DNA from: Octopus vulgaris
Taxonomy: Eukaryota
Direction of reading: 5' to 3'
NCBI GenBank assembly: GCA_951406725.2
Contig: OX597814.1
Location: 145,266,001 to 145,330,000, forward strand
Length of the DNA: 64,000 nt
Part shown: one piece after another, positions 38,501 through 51,712 of the stretch
Layout: every line of letters starts with the position of its first letter
Position numbering within the stretch: the first letter of the stretch is position 1
Position numbers and translations under genes: made by a program
The notes under the pieces: generated by a model
What the model was told of the DNA's origin: nothing
Database searches by the model: none
The model's input: only the letters and a program-made list of their open reading frames with translations

Positions 38501-38819
38501 AAGTGTCACTGGTAAAGATTTTTGTGGGCGGCGAACATAAAAAAAGTTTCATCGTACCTGTAGGAAGAACATTAAACAAATGTACAACCCAGATGTGGAT
38601 AATCTAGGACCTAGGTTTCAAAATTACGTTTGTTAACATAAATTCGATTAGTTCTCTTCGGCTAGATTCGCCTAAATAAAATTTCGAATGTTACTGCAGC
38701 AGTGCCGGCATACTCCTCTGAACGCCTGGCCGTTAACAGATCGAGAAGAGTGAAAATGTTTGGTGTACTGCTGTACTACTACTATTATATAAATATATAT
38801 ATAGATATATATATGAAAG

Positions 38820-39082
38820 ATCACCGTGACCGTGACCGACCAGGCCATCCGAAGTTGCAACACATCGCTGGTCACAATGCCTTCAAATGACGCCACCCCG
38901 CTGGCCAAGCGAGCAGACCAACAGAAGAAAGTGAGAGAAACTTGTGGCGAAAGAGTATAGAAGGGATCGCCATCACCCCCTTCCGGAGCCTCGAGGAGCT
39001 TTAGGTGTTTTCGTTCAGTAAACACTCACTACACCCGGTCTGGGAATCGAAACTGTGATCCTACGACCGCGAGTCCGCTGCA
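38820..39082 (-). mobile_element. SINE family D
   Basis: gtttcgattcccagaccggg...aacacctaaagctcc...ctctttcgccacaagtttctctcact, with a (GGTCAC)n tail. Confidence 0.75.
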
Positions 39083-39091
39083 TCTCCACAC

Positions 39092-39126
<35 letters not shown>

Positions 39127-39189
39127 CATACATAACTTCTTATAGATGAAATATTCCATCATATCTCTAAAGAGTTGGCTCACTACTTA

Positions 39190-39700
39190 TGACTGTAACT
39201 GTAAAGCCATGTAAATATCTTCGACAAATTACAAAACATTTGCCACTATGGATTATGTTTTTCTATGTATTGGCTCTTCACTCTCGGGCAAATTTCATGC
39301 ATATTGCTGTGCCCAACCCAGTGCTACGGAAATTCTTTAATTTGCAAAGCATTGGCTTGGGTACAGATACTGCCTAGCAATTTCTTTTCCAGCATCGAAT
39401 TTTGAGCCGATATCCTGTCAGATTTTTAATAGTTCTGGTTGGATAGACATCGGATACTTTCTGTATTGTATACATCTTTAATTTGCTTCCGGCAATGCAT
39501 TGCTATTTTTGCTCTGCTATGTTTTAAGAAAAGTGGTAGCGTCACCTTCACACAGTAAATGAATTTCATGAGGTATATTATTATTTGTTCCATGAACATC
39601 ATTTTAGTTACACCAATAGAGAGTTTTTTTTCCATCTCATGACATTTCTGCGATTATGTGGCCATTGGATCATTCCTGTTGGGGAAGTTGTAATTGCACA
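39190..39700 (-). mobile_element. Highly degenerate R4-type C-terminal remnant
   Basis: ...MH...ISAQ...ICPRVKSQYIEKHN resembles the 'C..L...Y..RHN' motif after the CCHC finger. Confidence 0.35.
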
Positions 39701-39814
39701 AAAGAAGTATAGAACAGTGTAGATCTAGATTCATTACTACTTTTATCAGTGTAAGACTAATTTACCATCGTGAATTTATGTACTAGGTGAACGATATGAT
39801 GTACATATTAGAAC

Positions 39815-39851
<37 letters not shown>

Positions 39852-40012
39852 ATAATATCGATATTTAAATATCGATATTATCAAGTGGCCAGCATGGGAA
39901 TAAATACCATACAAAGGTAATAATTATCCCATGGTGTGATATGAACATTTTAGTTGATTTTTACAATCAGGGTTTCACTGCTATTTCGGCATGGTGGTGT
40001 TCTCAGATACCC

Positions 40013-40108
<96 letters not shown>

Positions 40109-40284
40109 ATATATATATATATACATAATGTAGTTGTTGTGCCCCTTCATTTGCTGCTTTTGTATACACTGATGGAGAAGAGATACTTCGGAACAGACGT
40201 TATTTTAACGAGATACACATTTGTAATCACCCAAGGAGACACATCTACACCAATCAATACATCTAAACACGATCATCACTGTCC

Positions 40285-40329
40285 CACCTGTGATGGATCA
40301 ATGCTAGATGGGTCGAAACAATTGTAGTA
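40285..40329 (+). ncRNA. Hammerhead-like motif in a short element between microsatellites (40125-40370)
   Basis: cac-CTG-TGA (one core base missing)-tg-GATC...GGTC-GAAAC-AATT-GTA-gt. Palindromic ACAATTGT helix III. Confidence 0.5.
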
Positions 40330-40619
40330 ATCAATAAACTGTCTCGTATCATCAACCTTTCTCATTAATTATATATCTGTGTATGTGTGTGTGTGTGAGT
40401 GTGAACGTATGTGTGTGTATGTATATACGCATGTATGTATATGTATAGACAGACGTGTTTCTCTGTATGAGTTTATATATATATATACACATACATACAT
40501 ACATGTGTATATGAATATGTGTGTGTGTGTTATCTATCTATCTACCTATCTATATTCACCCAGATATAAATTTATACAGGCGTACTTATACAGTACGTAT
40601 ACATGTAAGTATACATATA

Positions 40620-40675
<56 letters not shown>

Positions 40676-41889
40676 AGTGTGTGTGTGTGTGTATGTATGT
40701 ATGCGTGTGTGTATTTACAGACGTGTGTTTATGTAGGACCAGAAACACAAGTGCATCTAGTCTTTTAATGATTTAGAAATGGTAGTTTTGAAGTCTCACA
40801 TACCTTAGGTTATATAATCTAAAATACAATAAACGTCATGAAATAACGATTCGCAGTATTAATCTTTTGTAGAATCTCCATTTAAGTATATAACAACAGC
40901 AACAACCACATCAATAAAAAACATAAATAACAACAATATTGTTAAGAATACAAATACTCTTAACCAACCATAAGTAAAATCAATGAGCCTTTTGTTTGTT
41001 TGGTTGGTTTTTTTCGTTTGCATAAGTTATTGCTTTCATCGCGTATCTGTATGCAGACATCTTTTCATTGTAATTGAGGGAAATCACACCAAAATATTCA
41101 GAAATAAATAGTAACTGACCATGATAAAAACAAATATTTACCTACAAATTACTGATGTTGAAAACAAGGAAAATAACAAAAATAGACGCGAAGAGATTTG
41201 TTTAATGAAAAGAGTCCTCAAAAAATCATTCAGATATTTGAAACAAATGTTTGACTAAGTTACGAAGATAATAACTGACATTACACGAAGGAAATCAGAT
41301 ATTTAAAAGTTAACCAAAATGATACTTACTTTTCTAACATACACAATAAACCAAAAGTCATATTACAACATCAAATATAGTAATTGAATATAAATATATG
41401 ATGGATCTCCGTCGGTCGACGATAAAAAGTCAGCTGTTTAATCAACGGAATTAACGACTTCTGAATTAACGTTTAAGTGGCAGTGAGATACTCAGCTTCG
41501 TATATACTAAACGTGTTAAGTAGAATCGGCGTGTTGAAGTGTATAACACGGTTATATCTTTTGAATCACAGGTACAACTGCCCCACGGGATTTTTTACAA
41601 TTTCTGCTTGTCCATTTCCACTCACAAGGAATGGGTTGACCAGAGACTATAAAACTGATATCCTTTCAAGATGGCAGGCGGTAGAATCGAACACTGTACA
41701 TCGTAGTTGCGATGCGATCTTCTTAACCATTCTGCCATATTTATCTTCCACATACATGCACACACATAAATACGTATATATGTCTACACACACATACACA
41801 CACTTGCGAATTATACCTAAACTGATGCATATGTTTCATAATTATTTCATTATCTGACACAGGTCATTGAATTCCCATGTGTTGGCAGA

Positions 41890-42285
41890 GTTATTGTATA
41901 TATTTCTTCATATCTATGAAATTTCTAGCAAAGCGGTGTCGCTGAGTTATAGAAGGGAGGCAGACAAACTCTTTGTTTACGGAGAAAACGCCATGGACAA
42001 GAACAACGTGCACAGATGGAGAAGGAGGGAAATTTAATACTGAAGATGCATTACGAGGTGGGTTGTAGGGCAGCTCACCAGTAAATGGACGAATTGATTC
42101 ATGTGGACAAATTAAGAGCAATTCAAGTAATTGTTGCGGACTTGGACTATAGTCACAATGCATTACAGAATATGGTGAGATAGTGCAAGTCTTAGGGTGT
42201 TGGCAAACGTGAAAATTGTCAACCATTTGAACGGACCTAACGTAGGTAGTCTGCTCTGATTTGCTGGAACCGTTTGAAGACAACT
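41890..42285 (-). mobile_element. Possible Penelope GIY-YIG remnant
   Basis: Cys-rich C..P.TC linker followed by degraded segments. Recognised by eye only. Confidence 0.35.
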
Positions 42286-42610
42286 GAAGCGTTGTCTCCT
42301 TAATCGTGCCCCTTGCAAGTTTCTTCTCGTTGATTCACAGGAGAAGCAATTTTTCCATCTATTCGTGGACTGATGTACGTTGCTTAGAGCGCATGAAGAC
42401 ACCTTTTGCTGTTGTAACGGCCATGATCTCGTCCTTTGTCTTCGGGGTTGTGCAGATCGTCGACGAGCTTCGGTTGTAGTGACGTGCTATGTGCACTACA
42501 CGCATTCCTCTCTCATGTTTATCAATGATTTCCTTCAATTAAATCTTAATCAGCTTTTTCTTCTCAGCATTGTCCTTTGCACCATCCTTCTTAGGACAAC
42601 TAATGACTAA
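42286..42610 (-). mobile_element. Tigger/pogo transposase N-terminal (CENP-B HTH) fragment
   Basis: KKKLIKI*LKEIIDKHERGMRVVHIARHYNRSSSTICT...KQR..VHE*MEKLLLL*INEK. Confidence 0.8.
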
Positions 42611-42719
42611 CACAACTAATTATTATAAAATAGCAGCTAAAAACGTACAAAATTAAAACAAAAACAGTGGTAAAAACACAACAGGGATATATATATATAT
42701 ATATGTATATATGTAATAA

Positions 42720-42968
42720 ATACGCCCTTTTAAAGCCTAGCCAGTCTTATGGGCCCGGTTTCCCGGTATCTATGGCGTATGTGTTCTCCAGCTGGACGGG
42801 ATACCAGTCCATCGCAGCGTTACTCATTTTGGCCAGCTGAGTAGATTGGAGCAACGTGGAATGAAGTGATTTACTCAAGAACACAACGCGTCACCTGGTC
42901 CAGGAATCGAAACCACAATCATACAATCATGATGCTGACACTCTAACCCCTAAGCCACGCGCCTCCAC
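42720..42968 (-). mobile_element. SINE family C
   Basis: gtggaggcgcgtggcttag...gtttcgattcc...ctgcgatggactgg...ccgggaaaccgggccc. Confidence 0.85.
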
Positions 42969-42985
42969 TATATATATATGTATAT

Positions 42986-43026
<41 letters not shown>

Positions 43027-43039
43027 AATATATATCAAA

Positions 43040-43506
43040 TAAAATGAGACAACAGAGGCAAGACGATGTGGATTTTTAAGGACGTTTATAAAGAGAAAGT
43101 TAGTCTTACAGCTGTTTCTAGGATATTAAGGATTTCCCTTCATGAGAGAGTTAACTACACACGCCAGCTTAATTTAATTCGTCCTTAGTCGAAAGACACC
43201 TATTGTTATGTCCTGTTATTTGTATTTGTGTAACCTCCGTTTTATTCCGTCCTTGTTTTCGTATACATTTGCTGCTTTCTTCCAAGGAATCTAATGCTCT
43301 TAGCTTAGTTTTTCTTTGGGGCTGGCCAGATTGGAGCAATATCGAGTATAACCAACTGAAATTGCAAAGATAATCTGGAACTCGATTGAGGAAAGAAAAC
43401 TCGGAACGACCTGTCCTTGTTTTCTTTGTATCGTCTATCTGGATGTTTTCTTGTCCCTTTCTTGTATCACCTAACTGTCTGGTTGTTTTGCGTTCTTGTC
43501 CAACTT

Positions 43507-43508
<2 letters not shown>
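43040..43508 (-). mobile_element. Solo Penelope-type pLTR between (TA)n tracts
   Basis: Non-coding, TA-flanked, contains the hammerhead motif at 43098-43156. Confidence 0.6.
43098..43156 (-). ncRNA. Type I hammerhead with G5C core change
   Basis: AGUUAACUCU-CUCAUGA-A-GGGA...UCCU-A-GAAAC-AGCU-GUA-AGACUAACU. Palindromic ACAGCUGU helix III. Confidence 0.65.
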
Positions 43509-43564
<56 letters not shown>

Positions 43565-43729
43565 TATATATATATAAAAATATATATATATATATAAATA
43601 TATATATATATATTTATATATATATTTATAATTAATCAATATAGGGTGGCAAAAAATTTTGTAGAATTTTTTTGCCACCAGCGGCCTAGTGGGAAAAAAT
43701 TAAATAGTCATAGACCATTTATAAGTTCA

Positions 43730-43868
43730 ACTTCACAATCAAGGAACGGCCTTAATAGGCCATTCACCCACTAGAAATAACAGCCAAAGCTTTATTTTGC
43801 GGTTAAAGCTTTGGCTGTTATTTCTAGTGGGTGAATGGCCTATTAAGGCCGTTCCTTGATTGTGAAGT
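43730..43868. repeat. Perfect inverted repeat, 65-bp arms with 9-nt spacer
   Basis: 43730-43794 is the exact reverse complement of 43804-43868. Confidence 0.97.
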
Positions 43869-43947
43869 ATTTATATATATATATATATATATATTACATG
43901 TGTGTATGTGTGTGTGTGTGTGTGCTGATGTGGGGACATGTAGTGCA

Positions 43948-44006
<59 letters not shown>

Positions 44007-44772
44007 GTGTGTACGTATTTACATATATAATTATAGTATAACAATGCTTCAATAGGATAACCCTGCTGAAGGGAATTTTTGATAAAAGCCAACATCTTTT
44101 TATTAAGAGGTTGCAGTTTCTATTAAGATGTATATATAAAGACTATTTTGAACGCAACATATGTGGAAACTATTTCGATATTTTTGGAATGAATACGAGT
44201 TGTTTGGCAACGAGCGCAGAATAAATGTTTTCAGGGAAAAACACGAACAAACTTAAACTACTAATTTGAATAATGTATCCTGTTTTCTTTAGCTATTTTA
44301 GTTGTAATATTTTTTGTTCTATTATTTCGTAATTCTGGTGAAGATACTAACGTGCTCTTCCAGTTACATTTAGTAATAATTTAGTTCCTTACATGTATAT
44401 ATTCTTTTTCAAAGTTTAATTTCATTTCTAATCTTAATTTCGCCGTTTCATAAGTTATTGAGTATCGTTATTGTGTTCTTGTTTATTTCTAAAAACAAAT
44501 TTTCGAAAGTTTGTTTTGTGTCTCACAAAATCGAGTTCAAATTCTGTTACTCCAATAGTGAGCGATTCTTATATTACAATTACACAATCCTAAAACAACT
44601 ACTCTTGGCTTTACTACGTATTTGAAAGCAATGATAAGGTACATATAATATAGATATGGGGTTAGGTGTAGCAGATCTTCCGGTTTAACACCAAGAACCG
44701 TTACTCAAATAAAATTTTCATATCTCACGTTCTTGCAAGCATTCAGGCATCAATATGCTAACCGATATTTAA

Positions 44773-44992
44773 AGTGGTGGGTTGGCGGAATCGTTAGCAC
44801 TCCGAGCAGAAGGGTTAGTTGCAGTTTGTCCGTATTTACGTTCTGAGCTCGAATTTCGCCGAACTCGACTTTTCGTTCCATCCTTTAGAGTCGATAAAAT
44901 AAGTGCCAGTTGAACACTGGGGTGGGGTGAGTGTCGATGGAATCGACTTATCCTTCCCTTAAAACTGCTGGATTGGCCCAAAATTTGAAGCC
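44773..44992 (+). mobile_element. SINE family A (short form)
   Basis: gggttggcggaatcgttagcac...gtcgataaaataagtgccag. Confidence 0.8.
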
Positions 44993-45109
44993 AATATGAT
45001 AACAGATCTCTCATATAAAGGAACATGGATTCTTCGGATATTCAGTTCACAAGTATCGTTTTGTAAAATATGATTATATATTCGGTAAAGAACCAATCCA
45101 GGAATAATG

Positions 45110-45707
45110 TTTCGTACTATAGACACAATGCCTCGGCGGAATTTGAACTCAGAACGTAACGGCAGACGAAATACCTATTTCTTTACTGCCCACAAGAGGT
45201 TACACACAGAGGGGAGAAACAAGGACAGACAAACGGATTAAGTCGATTATATGGACCCCAGTGCGTAACTGGTACTTATTTAATCGACCCCGAAATGTTG
45301 AAAGATAAAGTCGACCTCGGCGGAATTTGAACGCAGAACGTAGTGGCAGACGAAATGCCAATAAGCATTTTCGCCAGTGAGTAACAGGTACTTAATTTAT
45401 CGACCCCGAAAGTATGAAAGGCAATGTCAACCTGGACGGAATTTGAACTCAGATCGTAAAGACAGACGAAATACCTATTTCTTTACTACCCATAAGGGGC
45501 TAAACAAAAAGGGGACAAACAAGAACAGACAAACGGATTAAGTCGATTACATCGACCCCAGTGCGTAACTGGTACTTAATTTATCGACCCCGAAAGGATG
45601 AAAGGCAAAGTCGACCTCGGAGGAATTTGAACTCAGAACGTAACGGCAGCCGAAATACGGTTACGCATTTCGCCCGCCGTGCTAACGTTTCTGCCAGCTC
45701 GCCGCCC
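45110..45707 (-). mobile_element. SINE family A concatemer (three units plus a truncated fourth)
   Basis: Head at 45707. Tail-to-internal junctions AAAGAAATA|GGTATTTCG near 45475 and 45175. Confidence 0.9.
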
Positions 45708-46361
45708 TCCTCTACCAGTAATAATATTAGCAAAAAACAAGGAATAGTAATAATATCTATCAAATTATAGCTAACGTAAAATTTGGTTGGTTTGGCTGAA
45801 AACTCCGTCGCCTTTTACATCGTATAGAGAAAGGATGAGAATGTGTAAAAAAGAGATACAGAAGTTAATGCAAGAAGTACAGAATGAGTAAGTATCATAA
45901 TTTTCTGAAAATGATACATTTTTTTTTCAAATGAAAATTTGCAGACATCGTTAATCGATGGAGAGGATTGAGATTATTTTGATAAAATTTAGAATGATAA
46001 TGACATATTTATGGTAAATATTCGAAGGAGAAATAGGTTTTTAAATTATATTTTAAGGTAATATTTATCTTTTGAAAATTGGTATTTATTTCATCATTTT
46101 GTACAAGTACCAAGAAATGTTTATCAAACTTAAATTATAATATTGTATGTCTGCAATATTTCCTGATATTAACTCAGCGTGTCAAAAGTATACTTTCAAA
46201 GTATACCATACAGCATGATTACACTTCTAGTAATCATATAAGGAAATATCGAAAATAGTAAAACTGATCGGTTTTAAAAGCTGAACCGTCGGATTTCGAT
46301 AAGATTTAGAGATACGAGATAATTGGTATATAATTGAATGGTGCCAGAACATACTGCAATA

Positions 46362-46855
46362 CAGTATTCCCTCGACTATCGCGGGTGTTACGTTTCAAAA
46401 CCTCCCGCGATAGGTGAAAATCCGCGAAGTAGAAACAGTACTGTACCGTATATATTTTTCATCATTTTTATAATTTGTATATATTTATTTTATTATAAAT
46501 GCAAAACAATACCACACACTCGCCTCTCAAGTTTCGTGTTCGATACAGTATGTGCGGTTCTTTGTTTACTCATCAACGGTACACTACGTATTTTGATTTA
46601 ATATATTTTAATTAATGTGTTATACAGTGCAGTACTGTACCGTATTTTCATTTATTAATTTACTAATTTTGACGCGTGAAAATGCATATTATATCACAGA
46701 AATAATCAAAATCTAAATAAAATCAATAACTATCGGTCGCAGAATATCGCGATATACTGAGGAGTCCGTGATATAAATTTACATATTTTAGGCAGAAAAA
46801 TACGCGATGTACTGAGAGTGCGATAGGTGAACCGCGATATGGCGAGGGATAACTG
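46362..46855. mobile_element. Tigger/pogo-type MITE
   Basis: TIRs CAGTATTCCCTCGACTATCGCGG / CCGCGATATGGCGAGGGATAACTG with TA on both sides. Confidence 0.88.
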
Positions 46856-47431
46856 TATTTATAAAGTATTCAGTTGTCAAGCTGGATTAGTAATGAAGCA
46901 AATCAAGAATGAATATGAAAATATTAGTATATGTTATTCTACAATAGTTTTATCTTCCGATCTTCGGTAACATTATAAATATGCAAATCGATACATAAGG
47001 AGTTAGGAGATAGTGAAAGGAAAGATTGCAGACCAGTACGAAACTGAGAGAGAGAGATAGGACAAAAGGCTGTTGGGGAGAAGGGATTGTGAGATTGTTG
47101 AAAGGGATAAGAATGTAGAAAGAAATGTAAGAAAATGAGAAAGAGGTGCGAGAATGTAGGAATTGTAAGAGAATGACTTGTGCGTTAGGAAGTGGGATAC
47201 AGGTGAAAGATTTACAGAATTCAGTTATGCAAAAGGCTGAGTTATTTAAACTCTGAAAATGACGAATGAACAAACAGGCTAATTGGCTAAAACTATTTTA
47301 AAATTTTCCAAGATGGAAGTAATGGTCGTTGATTCGTGACTTTATATGACTATTATTAAACTCTAAGCCTTTATAAGCTATTATTAAGTAGAGATCATTA
47401 TTTTAGTCATTACTGTTATTGCTTACACTAA

Positions 47432-48292
47432 CGCAGCGAGCTAGCGGAATCGTCAGTACGCCGGGCGAAATGCTTAGCGATATTTTGTCTTTCTTTACGT
47501 TCTGAGTTCAAATTCTGCCGAGGTCGACTTTGTCTTTCATCTATAAATTAAATACCAGTTGTGTACTGGGCCGATCTAATCGACTTCCACCCACCTGCTC
47601 CTCACAAATTTCGGGCCTTGTGCCTGGAGTAGAAAAGAATCGTTAGCATGCCGGCCGAAATGCATATCGGTATTTCGTCTGCCGCTACGTTCTGAGGTCA
47701 AATTCCGCTGAGGTCGACTTTGCCTTTCATCCTTTCGGGATCGATTAAATAAGTACCAGTTACGCATTGGGGTTGATATAATCGACTTAATCCGTTTGTC
47801 TGTCCTTGTTTGTCCTCTCTGTGTTTAGCCCCTTGTGGGTAGTAAAGAAATAGGTATTTCGTCTGTGATTACGTTCTGAGTTCAAATTCCGCCAAGGTCG
47901 ACTTTGCCATTCATCCATTCGGTGCAAATAAATTAAGTACCAGTGAGATACTGGGGTCGATGTAATCGACTATCCTCTTCCCCCATATTTCAAGCCTTGT
48001 GTCTATAGTAGAAAATATCATTCTTATTACTTACATTATTATCATAATTATTGTTGCAATGATTATAATTAAAGCTAGCGAGCTGGCCAAATAATTAGCA
48101 CGTCGGACAAAATTCTTTGCAGCTTTTCTCCTGGCTTTACATTCTGAGTTCAAATTCTGCTGAGGTTGACTTTACCATTCATCCTTCGATGGAATAAGTA
48201 TCATTGATGAAATAAGTACCTGTTTAGCACTAAGGCTGATGTAATCGACTAAACACTCCCCTAAAATTTTAAGCCTTGTCCCCTATAGTAGA
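47432..48292 (+). mobile_element. SINE family A cluster (trimer 47432-48010 plus monomer 48073-48292)
   Basis: Four family A cores in direct orientation. Confidence 0.9.
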
Positions 48293-48299
48293 CTGGATC

Positions 48300-48940
48300 G
48301 GTTTCAAATTTTGGTACAAGGCCAGGAATTTCGAGGGAGGTGGCAAGTCTATTACATCGAATACATGGTTCGACTGGTACTAATTTGATGGATCCCAAAA
48401 TGGGATCAAGAATAATGTCGATCTCGGCGGAATCTCAACTAAGAACGTAAAGACGGACGAAATACCTATTTCTTTACTAGCCACAAGGGGCTAAACACAG
48501 AGGGGACAAACAAGGATAGACAAACGGATTAAGTCGATTACATTGACCCCAGTGCGTAACTGGTACTTAATTTATCGACCACGAAAGTATGAAAGGCAAA
48601 GTCAACCACGGCGGGATTTGAAATTAGAACGTAGCGGCAGGACGAAATACGGCTACGCATTTCGCCCGGCGTGCTAACGTTTCTGCCAGCTCGCCACCTT
48701 AACGGACGAAATACCGATAAGCATTTTACCCGGCATGCTAACAATTCTTTTTTACTCCAGGCACAAGGCCCGAAATTTTGGGAGTAGGGGTCAGTCGATT
48801 AGCCCGACCCCAGTACGCAACTGCTATTTAATTTATCGACCCCAAAACGATGAAAGGTAAAGTCGACATCGGCGGAATTTGAACTCAGAAGACAGACGAA
48901 ATACCTATTTCTTTACTACCCACAAGGGGCTAATCACAGA
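48300..48940 (-). mobile_element. SINE family A cluster, reverse orientation, nested
   Basis: Long-form copy 48467-48700 sits inside an older copy, with TSD acggacgaaatacc at 48453-48466 and 48702-48715. Confidence 0.9.
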
Positions 48941-50014
48941 TAAATTATAGATCACATTGATATTCGTACGAGAAAATTGGCAAAGAATGAACATCGAAGC
49001 GCGAAAACTATTTGCGATCTATTTTGAGAATATTCCTTCATCTGCACAACTTATCGCTGGTTTACTTTAGCATAAATTCACTCTTTTGGCTATATGGCTA
49101 TGATACCTCGTGGTCTCTGACTTATTTGTTTTAACATTCGACATCATTATCACCAATGAACAAAAGATGCAGATTTTACGGGAGCTGCTATTCCTCATTT
49201 CACTTAACTGTCTACAGAATTTGTAAGATAAAACAATAATAAAACTATTGAAAGAGAGGATTGGCAATAAAGAGAATTTGAATCGAAAAAAAAGCTTGAG
49301 AAATGAGAAATCGATAGAACTGATCTATAAGGAATATGGGGATGACACATTAGGCGGTGGCAACATCAAAAATGATGACCATAGGCATAGATTGATATAT
49401 TGTGGGGGGGAGGAATCAATATATAGTCCGATCTCATTACTTAGATTGGAAAATTCGAAACCAGTAAAATTTGAACTCAGAACGTAAATATTTGCAGCAA
49501 AATATAACGACAGAGGTTTTTCAATTCGTCGTTCTACCTATCCAGCCCACTTCAACCTGAGAATAAGCAAAATAATAATGAATCTAAAGGGGGTTGCTAT
49601 ATCAGACAAGATAATTATAAAATACATAGCTGATAAATTTCATCTACAAATGAGTAATCTCGCTGCCTCTCTTGTCTATATTATATTCATGATACAGAAA
49701 AATGTTTCGCTTATCGTTTTATTTGATAAAGAATCTGTTATCAAAATATTTTTTGCCCCCACCCCTAAAGCTATACTCTCCGGTAAACTATACGCAAAAT
49801 ACTTATTTGTTGAGAGGATAAAGGAAAAAAGAGAAGAAACCTGTATAAAATTCGGAAAAGCCGTACTGAAATGATTGGAACAAAATATTGAAAACAAAAA
49901 TAAATAAGGGAATTAATAGTAATGCAAAGGGGAATTGAGAATTGGAAAAAAATAACGTTTTTACTTGTATTTGATTGAAGCAATCTCTTATCATTGTACA
50001 TTTTGATAATGGAA

Positions 50015-50164
50015 TTAGAGTTGAGGTTTCAAGGAACACGAATGCACAGTTATTTGTCGCTTGGATTCACAAGAATTTGCATTAATAAATTTGGTGAATA
50101 GGGTTATAAAAGTTTTACAATTAGCTACGTGAAAAAAATGTGAAAAAATTCCACTCAGAAACGA

Positions 50165-50167
<3 letters not shown>
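50015..50167 (-). mobile_element. Possible Penelope GIY-YIG extreme C-terminus
   Basis: SHFFHVANCKTFITLF...R....LKPQL* resembles the 'HF..C...F.I.PF...R...KP.LN' ending. Confidence 0.4.
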
Positions 50168-50204
<37 letters not shown>

Positions 50205-50245
50205 TGAATGATAGTGCTGTGTTTGTATATATCAGTATTTTTATG

Positions 50246-50290
<45 letters not shown>

Positions 50291-51069
50291 GGGTGTGTGT
50301 ATGTGTGGGAGTACGTGTGTGTATGTGATCAATAGGGGCTTATTTCAGCCTTGGTAATTCATATTAAAGCAGCTTCTTATTTTTTAGGGAAAGGATTCTA
50401 ATTACATTTCTACAAGCTTTTTAGTTATTTTGTTTATCTTATATATATAATGGATAACAGCGTGTTGATATGTACGTAGCTGGCTATACCTGTCTTCTTT
50501 CCTCCCTATCCAAATAAATGCAATATTCCTTTAGGCATTATATCAACAATTATATGAACCGAACATGAGGTTTATAAGGTTTTTAGCTGATTAACAGAGA
50601 ACGTAAACAGGATTGTCCCTATCAACGAATCGAAACCACTTCGCAGAAATGGAGAGAAATATTGGTATTATGGATCTTCTTAAATCGTGAATATATTGTC
50701 AGAATTGGAAGAACAACGAAAAAGTTTCTTGCAATACCTAGTTACGAACGTCAAGGCGATAAGCTGGCAATTGTGCGTCGTAAAATGCATTGAATTATTT
50801 GTTCCGGTACTTACGTCTTGAGTTTAAAACCTGCCGGTGTTAAGTTATGTTTGCCTTTTATTCATCCAGAGTCGATAAAATGAAGTACGACTGATAATGT
50901 ATTCGACTAATATCGCCTTTCAAAGTTTCTGGCCTTGAGCTAAAATTAGATACAATGATCTAGTTACGTCTTTCTACACATTGAATTAAATTCCCAGCAG
51001 AGCCGACATTGATCTTCATCCTTCTAGGATTATGAGAACAAGGAATCAACCAAGCACCATCATCTATAT

Positions 51070-51402
51070 GGTGTTGAGACCCCCTTCTGTCACGACACAG
51101 ACCATGGGATTGCACTTAGAAAGTTACCCTCCTAGGCACAAGTCCAGGCAAGGTTGTTTATGGAAGACCAGCAGTCGCCCATGCATACCGGCCTCTCCTC
51201 TCCACGCCGCAAGGGTTATCCAAGGGCCGATACAGCTTGGCACCTGTGACGTCGCAATTCATTTCTACAGCTGAGGTAACTGCAGCAACGTGAAATAAAG
51301 TGTCTTGCTCAAGAACACAACACTCAGCCCGGTCAAGATTTGAGCTCACAACCTCACGATCGTAAGCTCGGTGCTCTAACCACTGAGCCATGCGCCTTCA
51401 CT
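51070..51402 (-). mobile_element. SINE family C variant, full length
   Basis: tRNA head TGGCTCAGTGGTTAGAGC. 12-bp TSD catcatctatat at 51058-51069 and 51403-51414. Confidence 0.92.
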
Positions 51403-51499
51403 CATCATCTATATAATGAACTATATTACAATGACCAATAGCGTCTCTCTAAATTTAGCCTTGCTCCTTCAGTAGAAATAAATATTACTTTCCCTGAAA

Positions 51500-51712
51500 T
51501 CGTCGATCTGGCAGAATAATCAGGAAGCAGAGCAAAATGCTTAGCGGTATTTCGTTCGTCTGCACGTTTAGAGTTCAAAGTCCATCGGGAGCTGCTTTGC
51601 CTTTCATTCTGTCAGGGTTAAGAAAATAAGTACCAGTTGAACACTGGGACAATGCAATCGACTTAACCCTTCACCCGCACTTACTCGTCTTGAACCAAAA
51701 TTTGAAGCCAAT
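51500..51712 (+). mobile_element. SINE family A, degenerate
   Basis: ctggcagaat...aaatgcttagcggtatttcg...ataagtaccagttg. Confidence 0.75.

Noticed and set aside
44773-48940. CRISPR-like or regularly spaced repeat array
   Set aside because: The units are 200-400-bp SINEs in mixed orientation. There are no short repeats with unique spacers and no cas genes, in a eukaryotic context.
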